A DNA stretch of 64,000 nt from Amoebidium appalachense (taxonomy: Eukaryota; Protista; Ichthyosporea), in assembly GCA_963693365.1 (NCBI GenBank), contig CAVNZM010000002.1, positions 17,083,615 through 17,147,614 on the forward strand, in the 5' to 3' direction. The notes under the pieces are model-generated. The model worked only from the letters and a program-made list of their open reading frames with translations, ran no database searches and was not told the DNA's origin. Below, in pieces: positions 1 to 19,991 of this stretch; position 1 is the first letter of the stretch, and every line of letters begins with the position of its first letter. The translations under genes were made by a program, and so were the position numbers.

Positions 1-400
1 CAGGTGAGGGTGTAGGGCATCTTTGAAACATTCTCGACCAACCACTGTCGAACTCCATTGATCATGGGTCGACCGCAGTTCAGAGACCCCAAAATGGCAA
101 CATTTCTGATATTTCAGCATTCCTTGTTGATGTTTTCAACCCTGGGTGGATACTCCTCCTCGGGGGAGCTGTTCACTTGTGTTCGACATGGAAATTCGGG
201 ACTTCGAAACCCCATGGCTTTGCCCCGAAAATCTGTGGTCCCTAAGTGTTGATTTAGCGTCAATTAAACATCGCCAATTTAGAACAGAGAACCCTTCTCA
301 CGCCGAGTTTCACTTGATGGGGTCAAGTAATTTCACTTGATGGGGATTCTGGTTGATTTGGCGCCGTCAAAAGGATCGAATTAGGAAGACGATAGTTAGT

Positions 401-431
<31 letters not shown>

Positions 432-575
432 GGGGGGGGGGTCTATGATGCTTTTTCTTCAGGGGGGGGGCTAAAGGGGGAGGAGGGATGATGCTCCTTT
501 TTCTGTGTAATTGTAAAATCAGGGGTACAATCTTTTTTTTTTCCTGGGCAACTGTACGCTGACACAAGCAAGCAG

Positions 576-3490
<2,915 letters not shown>

Positions 3491-3775
3491 ATGCATAATG
3501 GGGGTTTTCATGGGTGGTGGCTGGGGGGCTTTTGGATTTATTTGTGTGCTATCTGTGGCAATGTTTTTAGGCTTATGTTTTCGTTTTCTTGTTAAAGGTC
3601 ATTACAGAATTCGGCCAACTTTTGTTGATGTGGTTTTTTGATGTGGTGGCTTGTCACGGATTACGACCACTAATACCATGCTCTGTGTCTATATTAGGCT
3701 GTATCGTTAATTTTAATGGGGTTTTTTTGCTGTAGGTCGTAAGGTTGTACATATGGTGATTGTGCCACTTGTTGA

Positions 3776-3853
<78 letters not shown>

Positions 3854-4274
3854 ACACACCTCCCTTTAACCAAATCGTTATGGCAATAACTGAAATTAGT
3901 TCACATTTTAAAACGGAAGAACATTTTTAACTGCGGCTGAGCTGTTATGTAATATTATTTTTATTGTTATCTGAAATATGCCATGAGTTTCAAGTAGGTG
4001 AAGGAATGGTCGGAACGGACTGCATGTGATGTAAGGTTCATAGCTATAAACGTAAGTCTGTAAGTCTGATAGTAATATGTAGCTAGACGCTGCTTATTTC
4101 ATCATAGATCGAGGTATTCTGACGTTCGTGTGTAGTAAGATCTCTGTAGTTCGCTGAGTTATTATAGTACGAAGTTCTCATGGTGTGTACACACAGTAGG
4201 ATATGTGTTGATTGATGATAAATTTCAGAAGTCACGAGTACTTTTGCCGTCTATACGTACGTACCCTTAGCCAG

Positions 4275-4335
<61 letters not shown>

Positions 4336-5039
4336 ACCCACCACCACCACCACCACACGCACCATGGCCATGGACTTGCTCTACTCAAATCCCTCCCGAC
4401 GACCGATGACATGCACTTGCATCTGAATGCATTCAATACTAGGCACAGCCACACGTGCACCGTACTGGTGCACACGCACACTGTACACACGCACACGCAC
4501 ACATGCATGTATACACACGCGCACGCGCGCATGTGCGACAACACATTGATCCCTATACACACCCAATCGGGTTCCACACATGCATTTCGAAAGGAGACAC
4601 AGCATAGAATATTGCATGCCGCATGCACATGTGTGACACGCCGGGTGCACGCACATGTCACTGCGTTCCATCACCTGCAGCCACCCCCAGTGGACGATCC
4701 CCCCCCCCTCCCCCTACGGAGATATCCCGCGGGACTTGAGTGGAGGCCCCCTGCATCACGATACAGACACGCCATACACACTCACACGCACACTGTAACA
4801 CACACTGTATGCATATTCGGAAGCCAACGAAAGCATCTTATGTAATAATGGAGAATTCCACACATTCTTCTCGGACTTGCAGCTGCACTGAATATAGCAA
4901 AGATCTAGAACGAAGTTCTATGGTGGCAACTTACAGCCTAACAAATTGTATTAGTTAGTTCATTTATGGAGCATTGTTTCCTCTGCAATATCATGTATGA
5001 TACATTTCTATGCTGCAGTCCCTCAACGATTTTAATTAG

Positions 5040-5070
<31 letters not shown>

Positions 5071-6764
5071 TTGCCCCCTTGTGGACATCGTCTTTCACAC
5101 GAAGGTGGAGTGCTATGTATGATTATTTAACAGCGACAGACATAGGCGAGTGGGCAACCAGGGAGCAATTGGGAGAGTACTTTTCATTCCCCCCCCCCCC
5201 CCCCCCCCCCCCCACCACCACCACCACCACCACCACAGGGGCCCAAAACACACACACACAATAATTGGCCGAATGGTTTCGAAAGCCTCTCGCGCAGTTC
5301 TTAAGTTTCAATTGACTCCCTCTTTGGCACGACACGTCTCAGACACTTGATTGTGTGTGGTTTGAGTGTGGGGGCAACCGTGGGGGGTGGGGGGTCCCGG
5401 AGGGATGAATTTGAAGGGAGATATGATGATACATATGCTGGACCTTGCCTAGGCGTGTTCAGGTGGGAATTTCAGCTAATATTAGTCGGTACCCAGAGGG
5501 CACTGTTTGTTTTCATGTTCCCTTTCCCTTTCTTTCTTTTGTTTTTGATTAGAGTAAAAGCGGCTTCCTTTCTTCGTTCTTTTTTTCCCCCTCCCTCTCT
5601 CTCTTTTCTTTTGTTTTCTCTTCTTCCGTTTTTCTTTTCTTCTCTCTCTCTCTCTCTCTCTCTCTCTTTTGCAGGGGGGGGGGGGGGGGGGGGGGGGTGG
5701 AGGAGGGGGAGATGTGTTACAAAGAACGAAGTACGCAAAAAGTCGCAGGGAGGGTACACGTGCCCATGTTACAGTGTGTGCTTAGTGTTTATTGAACAAT
5801 ATGATAGTGGTTACTACGATAGTGGTTACTACGTCACGTGGGACCAGGTTGGGGTGCATACTGGCGTCCACCAAGCATCATTGAGGCCAAATTGGCCAGA
5901 AGTGCTTTCAAAACCTCTACCCCTGAATATAGTGAGCTCCGTGGGCTTCCTGCAAGAAGTAAGCATGACTGGAACAATCCGTCAGGACCTAGATGACTTG
6001 TGGGGACGGTGCAAAATCCGTAAGCGCCAACTTACAAGAGGAGGGTCAAGTGAGCAGACAGAAAGACTTTGGTTGGATCACCGGTGCTTAGAAGGGCAGG
6101 TAAGTTATGCAACAGCCGGAAAAAGAAAGATTTAGGTAACGCGGAATCCTGTCTACAAGGGGTTGGCGCCTTGGGTAGTAAAAAATATGAAAAACTTTCC
6201 TCTAGTTGACAATAGGTCTAACAACTGCAGACACACTTCGTTTCAGGGATAAAGCAGTCTGGGCAATAATATGAAGCACATTGCTGCTTTTTCTGCTTAG
6301 TTTTGGTTAATAACAAGACAACAGGCAAAGTCCATAGTGCCCATCAAAAAGCAGCAGAGTTAGGCCCAGCTCGATTTTTGGGAGAAATAGCATATCGTCA
6401 TAAATGAAAAAAAAAAGAGCCGTGTCCCTTGGAATGCCACGTTTCTATAGCTAACAATGGAGCTGGACACAAGGTCATCGATGCCTCACCATTTGCGCCT
6501 ACCTAGTCAGTAGTCCAACACCGTCAACCTTCTGTCGTATCCAGAGTACAAGGAGCACGGGATACACTGTGCTACATAGGCTCTGAGTCAGTCAGACACT
6601 CAAAACGCAAAGCAGAAAGGGAAGGATAAAAGTGCGCACCGTATGGATTCGTCTACTCAGCATGGTGTGACTAGCTGGTGTGACTCGGGTAGTGAGGGCG
6701 ATTTTGGCATATTGGATTGTTTTGGCCGTGTTTTGGAAGAAGCAGGCCGGGGCTTGTGCGGTGA

Positions 6765-6840
6765 ACGATTGGAAAAATCATGCACATGAATAGGCACTTT
6801 GCTGATTGGTGCGTGCATTACCAGCTTTTGATTGGCCGTA
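6765..6840. promoter_or_regulatory. Cluster of inverted CCAAT boxes upstream of IDH
   Basis: Three GATTGG motifs within about 70 bp, about 750 bp upstream of the IDH ATG. Confidence 0.35.
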
Positions 6841-7588
6841 GAGCCGCCAGGGCAGGTGGCCTGAACAGGTGAGAAAGATGGCTTCATGTTGCAGTCAGAA
6901 GAATGGAATTATCGGATCATTTCGTGTTTATTTGAAGATGTATCAACAACAGTATATCTATACAGAGATAGTTTTACCTAGGTTGGTCCTCTTTAGTTAG
7001 AGAAAAGTTCGAGTATATGTCAGAAAAAAGTGATCACTAAATACCAACACGAGGATCGAGCTGATTGGACCTCTTAGTTCTGCAGTGGCGTTAGCCTCAG
7101 TATCTAAAAATTATTAGATTGGATGTATCTTTAACGTTTTTTAGGAAACTATAACAATTGGTTTAGCATATCTCTAGGCTCATACAATCACGCGCTATAA
7201 GGTAGGCTTTTCGACTGCTTTTCCTTTTTGGGTACGTACCCAATAGCTTTCGACCTGTAATAGGCTATGTTTTTTTATTTGCATTTACCATACGAAAAAA
7301 GTTGCTATATTAGTAAGCTTATTAAGTTTAGCTATTCTACAGCAAACATAAACACAAATATTGATAACTACTCTCAGAATCAGAAACTTAAGTGTTAACT
7401 GCAACTGCAGCACAAAACCCTTACCAAGTCCACTGATCTGAAAGAATTTGCCGCGCTCTACCCATATCCAATCTGCGTGGGGGGCAAAGCAAATAAATTC
7501 TCCTCGCCACGCCTGCACGCGTTCAGTCCCCACCAGTCCACACACAGCATCACCGTTTTGTTCACTTCCTTTGGAAGATTCTTAAAAC

Positions 7589-13110
<5,522 letters not shown>

Positions 13111-14050
13111 ACAGCAGCTGCCCAGGTGTTGGTAAAGGAACATAGTTTCAGCATATAGAATCCCACTGCCCTAAGCATGCGGCAGGGATATAGTTCTAGT
13201 TTATCGAGTGGAAGTTCTTAGGCATGTATGGTTTCGGAGCTTCCATTTATGGTTAATGGGGCTTGTTTGTGAATGGCGGTTGCCGTGGGCGGACTGTGTC
13301 CCTAAGTAAGCGTCGGTATGAGCTTGTTGAATGCCATATTATGATGCACATGTTTCCGGATTTAGGCACTACCCGAGGCTTTATGGTAAATGTTTTTCTT
13401 AGCCAGGGCTATCGGTATGGTGCATAGGTCCACAATAAAGAGTCCAGCTGGTGTCTATTTAGACATTGGTGGGCTGCAAACGATAGACGTCTGCATGCAG
13501 CAGCCCCAATTGCAAGGCCTTCAGCTGTGTGTGTACACCTGTGCGGCCAGGGGGGGAGGGGGCAATGGCCAGCCCACCAGCCACTTGCCCGGCCAGTATG
13601 GGCCTTAGCCTCTATAGCTCGCAAATCGATCGGTCCAAAATCCCCCCTTTTTGAGCGATCGTGGTAGGAGAATGGAGCATGATATTCGGGAAATTTCAAC
13701 GTGGAAAGGGAGCTTATGATGTGCACTTCAAAGGTGCCTGGTTACTTTTTTTCTCTGACAGCAAAAACATGGTGAAAATTTGTGTTGAAAATTAAATTTT
13801 TCATATGTAGGCCAAAATTGGCCGCTCAACCGTAACACATAGAAGGAGGGGTATTAGTAGACCCATCAATATGGGGTGCAAAATGCTCAGCTCGCCAAGC
13901 CAAGGTCAGTCTCCGGAATCAGATTTTCAAAAAAGTTTTCCGTTCTCGAGATATTCACACTTTTCCGATCGGACCCCCCCAGCTTGAACCCACACCATGA
14001 AATTTAGTTTGCGACCACTTAGGTGCATCATGTGACCGTGCACTACGGCC

Positions 14051-14105
<55 letters not shown>

Positions 14106-14217
14106 CACACGGTGTGTCTACATGTATGTGTGTGTGTGTGCACGTGTGTGTGTGTGCACGTGTGTACACTGGTTTGTGTGTGTGTGTGTGTGTGTGTGCA
14201 CAATGTCTGTACCATGG

Positions 14218-14248
<31 letters not shown>

Positions 14249-14318
14249 ACGTGTGTACACTGGTTTGTGTGTGTGTGTGTGTGTGTGTGCACAATGTCTG
14301 TACCATGGTGTGTGTGTG

Positions 14319-14418
<100 letters not shown>

Positions 14419-14488
14419 CCTAGGGGGACATGCAACATTGAGGATTCACAAGGGCCGGTGGATTCGCCCAGTGACCAACTTATTACTA

Positions 14489-14809
14489 ATGGCCATGGTT
14501 CGCATAGAGGAGGCACGAAATATGACCAGCGTTGCAACGCACGACAAGAGTTGTTTGCAGTTTGTAAAATATTACCCGGACACAGATTCTCCAGGCATGA
14601 GCGAGGTGTCAAGTTTGTGCATTGATGATGTGTTCATCATCTACCTCAATGTCCCTAAGACGGCTTATGACACAGTGGTGAACGCGCGAGACCTTGTGGG
14701 AAAGTCTGCTACACAACTGTCCCCCACGCAGGTTGTGCGTCGCAAGTGGAAGTACGAGTATATACTTGCTAGAGACAAGTACGGCAACGTCCACCCTAAC
14801 TACGCCTAA
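14489..14809 (+). CDS. Unknown 106-aa ORF carried inside transposon copy 1 (possible captured fragment)
   Basis: Open, non-repetitive frame [12 protein letters not shown]...[23 protein letters not shown], lying where copy 2 has transposase sequence. Confidence 0.35.
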   Translation: MAMVRIEEARNMTSVATHDKSCLQFVKYYPDTDSPGMSEVSSLCIDDVFIIYLNVPKTAYDTVVNARDLVGKSATQLSPTQVVRRKWKYEYILARDKYGNVHPNYA

Positions 14810-15170
14810 GTTTGTGCACGCGTCAGCTGGGCTGCACGCAAAATGATAGCTGAACTGTAACAGATGTGCAAAGGGACATACAGGTGCAATGCGTTTGGAA
14901 ACGTTTATTGTTACATGTTTTGCATGTAATCAGCAAGTCACCCCCCTCCTCACTCCCCCTTCCCCACTACGTCTATTTTACATACAAACACATGCGGCTT
15001 CGCTCGTGCGTGGTGTGTGTGGAACGTGTTAGGCAGGCCACATGCATACTCGTGTGGGACATACACAGACACCTCAGAGGCCCCCCTCGACAAACGGTGA
15101 GCAAACACACACAGACACACTCTTCGCACCACGGCCCTCTGAAAAAAAGACTTTGCACCCAGCTTGAACA

Positions 15171-15350
15171 CTCACACGTACTGACGGTGTGCACGCGCTG
15201 CGATGAACTTTACGTTCGCTGCAGACGATTTTTCCTTACACTCTCGCGACCGCGTGCATGCTTTCTGTCGCGGCGCCTCGACGGTTCGATAGAGTCCAGT
15301 GTTCGCTGAATGTGTAAGGAAAAATAAGGAGCCATCTCAGTAGGTGGCAG
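15171..15350. mobile_element. 180-bp non-autonomous element with 9-bp TSD (Mutator-like MITE), nested in transposon copy 1
   Basis: Flanked by GCTTGAACA at 15162-70 and 15351-59. Imperfect 14-bp TIRs (11/14). 179/180 identical to 17662-17841. Copy 2 of the host element shows the empty site (ACTTGAACA, about 43617-43625). Confidence 0.9.
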
Positions 15351-15554
15351 GCTTGAACATAGCCGGCCAGGCAGGCACCGGCGGGCAGCGAGCCAGGTCA
15401 AATCGGGTCGGGTCGGTTCATTTCGGGTCGGGTCGGGCCAAGCGATGACCCGACCCGACCTGAATTGATTGGGGTCCGAAATTGGCCAAAAAAATTTATT
15501 GCGGCAATCGACGCGTCTCGTCGAGCTGGTTCGAGCCACCGTTTCGGATTTTTT

Positions 15555-15587
<33 letters not shown>

Positions 15588-15804
15588 CGCGAAAAGTTTT
15601 TTGCGCGCTATAGAGGCTAAGGCCCATACCCTACCCACTACCCAGACGCCCGAGGAATGGGTAAGGAACTTCGTGGGCCAGTAATCAATGGTGTGTGGCG
15701 GCTGGTGCTATTACAAAAGACTAGACACAAAAATGCTTGATCAATTGAATTTACCGGCCATGACAAGCGGGCAGTAATACAAAACTTTGCTTCTAGTCAG
15801 GTGC

Positions 15805-15830
15805 ACTAATATTACAGTCCGGAGGCCTGT

Positions 15831-15861
<31 letters not shown>

Positions 15862-15946
15862 GGGGGGGGCTGGGATTCTCGAAACTGCGCGTTGGTAACC
15901 TTTTTTGTCGCAAGATAGCAACCACCAACCAGATCGCTTTAGCACG

Positions 15947-15979
<33 letters not shown>

Positions 15980-16431
15980 CTTTCCAACACACACACACAC
16001 ACGTGCACACACCGGGCCCGGTCCGGTACGATGTATGCCTCCCCTCCTAGCACCCCCGTTCGAATTCAGCGGCTCTCTCTAGAAATATCTTTACTTTCAC
16101 TTTCCTCTGCGGCACCCAGTCAAACTTGGTACAGGGAGACCTTTCTTTGCTCTTTAAGTTAGTATGCGTGTGTGTGACTGCACGTGTACACATGTACGAT
16201 TGGGCAGTCAGTGTGCCACGGTGTAGGTGGGTGGGTGTGACTGCAGTGGTGCGCCTGGGACTGTGTTTGTGACAAGTGTGTGTGCTTATCTGGGGCACCT
16301 ATGGTTTCACAATGTGTGCATCTCAGATTGTAGTGATCGGGGAGGCACAAGAACGTGTGTGCGGCATCAGTGTTAGAGTGGGTGTTGCTGTTTGTGTACC
16401 GTGTCGGCTCGCGTGTGTTTCTTTCTTTTGA

Positions 16432-16523
<92 letters not shown>

Positions 16524-16607
16524 GTGTGTGTGTGACACTGTGTGTGTGTAAGGCATGGCGTTATTGTGTGTCTGTGTGTGTGAGTGAGTGGATCAGCCTC
16601 GGTGTGT

Positions 16608-16665
<58 letters not shown>

Positions 16666-16731
16666 CAGAGTGTATGTGTTGGCGATGCCTTTTCATTCTG
16701 TCGTGCCACAGACGCCTGGACTAATATTAGT
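15805..16731. mobile_element. Possible degenerate MITE (hAT-like) filled with microsatellites
   Basis: TAATATTA direct repeats flank imperfect inverted ends CAGTCCGGAGGCCTGTG / CACAGACGCCTGGAC. Confidence 0.35.
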
Positions 16732-17524
16732 TAGAGTTTTCCTCTCTGAATGGATACGGGCCCACCCGGGAAGTTTGTAATGGATGCACACACTTCCAGG
16801 TTTTGCGCCAGAGAGAGAGAGACAGAGGTAGCTATAGGGGGAGAGGGGGCTTTTGGGGGGAGAGGGGGGGGGGGGGGGGGGGGACAGTAAGAGGTAGCGA
16901 GTTGGAGTGGAGGAGAGAGAGATAGCAGGAGGGAGGCAGGGAGAGAGAGTGCACGGGAAGTGATAGACGGGGGAAGAGGATGAGAAAGGAGTGAAGGAGA
17001 AAGTTTCGAAAGTTGTGTGCGATGTTGCGTGGGTCACAGTGCAGGTTTGTGCACCTGTGCACGGCAATGGGTGATAGTGCGTGCCAGGCGTCCACTACGG
17101 GCGGCCCCGCAGGCTTGCAGATTTCATTCTAAGAGTAGTGTGGCACTATGTGTGCCCGCACATTTGTCATGCACCGCGCGGATGCGTACCCCTTCCTGTA
17201 AATATACGCGTGTATGAATGTATTTGTGCGTTTGTGTTCCCGTTGTGCAGGTTCGTGTGGGGTTGTGCGTGTATGTGCGTGTATGTCTGTCACACGGCTT
17301 GCCGTGTGCGTGTGCGTGTAGACGTGGCTATCTATGTGCCCGTCAATTGCTCAGGCTATCTATGTGCACGTTTGTGTGTGCGAAGGGCGAATGTATGGGT
17401 ATTACGTATACGGGGCGAGGGAGGCATATTCAATGTGCGAACGCACGTACTACTACTGAGTAGCGTGTGTTTGTGTAGTATGAATGAGAGAGATTGTCCG
17501 TGCGTGTGTGTGTGGTGTGTGTGC

Positions 17525-17576
<52 letters not shown>

Positions 17577-17661
17577 GTGTGTGACGTCGTGCGGCACGGT
17601 GTGTGACGTGCGTGTGTGACACGTGTGTGTGACCGTGTTTACGTGTGTGTGTGTGTGTGTG

Positions 17662-17841
17662 CTCACACGTACTGACGGTGTGCACGCGCTGCGATGAACT
17701 TTACGTTCGCTGCAGCCGATTTTTCCTTACACTCTCGCGACCGCGTGCATGCTTTCTGTCGCGGCGCCTCGACGGTTCGATAGAGTCCAGTGTTCGCTGA
17801 ATGTGTAAGGAAAAATAAGGAGCCATCTCAGTAGGTGGCAG
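17662..17841. mobile_element. Second copy of the 180-bp element, inserted in a GT microsatellite
   Basis: Same termini as 15171-15350, flanked by GTGTGTGTG at 17653-61 and 17842-50. Confidence 0.88.
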
Positions 17842-18214
17842 GTGTGTGTGCGTGTTTGTGTGTGCGTGTGTCTGTGGGCGCGTGGTAGTGTGTGGGAGTT
17901 CCCAGCAGCCCAGCGTGCGTGCGTGAGTGTAGTAATCGATCAGAAAGAGGATACAGTAGAACAAGTTTTAGAAAAGACGCAACTCGAACTCGTGGGAGGA
18001 TCCTGGGCCCTCGCTCCGACAGGGCCGTTGGGTGTTTCAGCTGAGGAATGATGGAATGTCACTGGAATGCTTTGTACGTGAATATTTTATCTCTGGAATG
18101 CGAGGCCCAGCACAGTGTTACACGGTGATGGCATCTGGCAGAAAGGGACCCTGCGGCGGCACGATAGTACTATATTAACAGCAGTAAAGTATATAGTGTT
18201 ACATATGCCGTAAA

Positions 18215-18741
18215 AAAAATGGGGGGCGGGTTGGTGCAATGGTAAGATCTCTGCGTGTCAAGCTCAATGGCGCAGGATCGATCCTGGTTACTTCCGATTT
18301 TTGTTCTGGGTCCACCGGTCTGGCCGCCCCCTAGAAGCCATCACCCCAGACCACGTCAAGTAGCACCACCAATTTGTTATCATCCGGCTGCAAGACATGA
18401 CGTCATGAACAGCATTGGTTCTCTGACGTCGACGGCGCGCCTCTTGAGACCAATCCGAGTCACCGGCCGCGGTTCGAGTCAGCGTCCTGGGCATGGGGTT
18501 TTCCCTTTAAAGTCTTTATGTTTGTGTATGTGTCCCGGGTCGCTCCCGGCTGGTGTTGTCACTTACCACTAGCGTTGCTGCGGCTAGAACCGTGGGATAA
18601 AGGCGTAACTAAAAATAGTGCCAGTTGGGGTCACTAGAATCCTGACTTATGAGTACAGTACGATCTGTGTCTAGGTAGAAGACGGTAAGCTCCCCTGAGG
18701 CAGTGCCTCGCCGGGAGTGAAACGAGATAAAATAAAAAAAA
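18215..18741 (+). mobile_element. tRNA-derived SINE of about 525 bp
   Basis: 14-bp TSD ACATATGCCGTAAA (18201-14, 18742-55). tRNA-like head with A-box TGGTGCAATGG and T-arm CAGGATCGATCCTG. 3' stem-loop followed by an A-rich tail. Confidence 0.85.
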
Positions 18742-19991
18742 ACATATGCCGTAAACATCAGCTTTTAAAAATGCCTCTCAGATAAATTTGATTGTTTAAG
18801 ATAGAAGTTCATTCATGTATTTGCAGTCTGCCACCTTCCCTGTCCGCACCCGGTCTTTGTGATGCAACTAGAATTTGAAGCCCTGCAGGACTCCGGCGTC
18901 AAGTTTCGATTTCGCGGCCGCTACCCTTTAGCGTCAATACTGGAGTTTTGTCAATTTTAACGTTGATTTCAATGCATAAATCTGCTTTGGATAGGAAAAC
19001 GTTTCTATGGAGCGTTCGACCTTTTTTCGCGGTCAAGCAAGCAAGCTGTCAAAGGTTCCACTGGATTTTTTGGAATGTGGATTGGGATGTTTGCTTCCAG
19101 ATAACGCGTTGCTATTCGGCCCCAGTCATCTGGGCCGCATTCTTCCGCATTCTTGTGTGATCATCCAAGCAGCCAACCTGGCGGCTGGCCGCCAGTAAGA
19201 GGTGAATAAGCCAAGGCCAATCATCTTGCACCCTGTTATATGGTGCGCCTGTTTATTGCCGCGGGCTGGGGGCCCATGGCTGCGGGGCAGCTGAGTGGTT
19301 GGTTACGCGACCATAATATAGGCTTTTTTTGGGCTAATATTTACATAAGAAGTAGCCAAACATGTAATTTCAAAAAGATTTTTTGGTAACCGTAAGTCTT
19401 GCTAACTGTTCCTTTTACAACTTGTGGACTCTGGCCCCTGTTTTATGTGGTGACGTCATCCTCAGTAGGTTTGAACAGTGGATGACGTCACTTTGCCATT
19501 CCATATCATTCTATACATTCCAACGCAGGGTGTGTAATTTGTGACTGCGTTGAAACATGCAAACAAAAGCACACACCGTCAGCCCTTAAGAAAAAGGCAG
19601 AATTTGTACATTTTTCACAAAAATCATAAACATTCAAACTTTATATGGATAATTGTTCATACTCCTATATGAAAAGATTATGGGATATTTGGGACGGTTC
19701 AGTTAATACAGTTCAACAACTTGAACAGTATCATACATATTGTATCAGCTGGTTTATTGGTTTCGAATACTGCCGCCGTTGACGCCCTGCATTCCTTACA
19801 TTCCTCAGATCCAACTTATATAAAGCGAAAACAACGGACGTTGTTGCTCAGTTGTAGCCCAACCAGCCAACTGACTCTACGTCCCCATACTGACATGTCT
19901 CTGTGACTGAATGACTGAACACTCAGTGCATGTGTTGATAACAAAAAATAAGTCTGCATAGCATCTAACGACTACAATAGACATCGCCAAA

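Noticed and set aside
5347-6135. 262-aa ORF
   Set aside because: The N-terminal half is low-complexity repeat; the rest has no recognisable motif or splice chain.
18221-18295. tRNA gene
   Set aside because: Acceptor and anticodon stems are degenerate and it lies within TSD-bounded sequence, so it is called a SINE head.
18685-18725. Possible hammerhead ribozyme in the SINE tail (CTGAGG...GAAAC)
   Set aside because: It lacks the CUGANGA core and the flanking stems; a simple 3' hairpin explains it.
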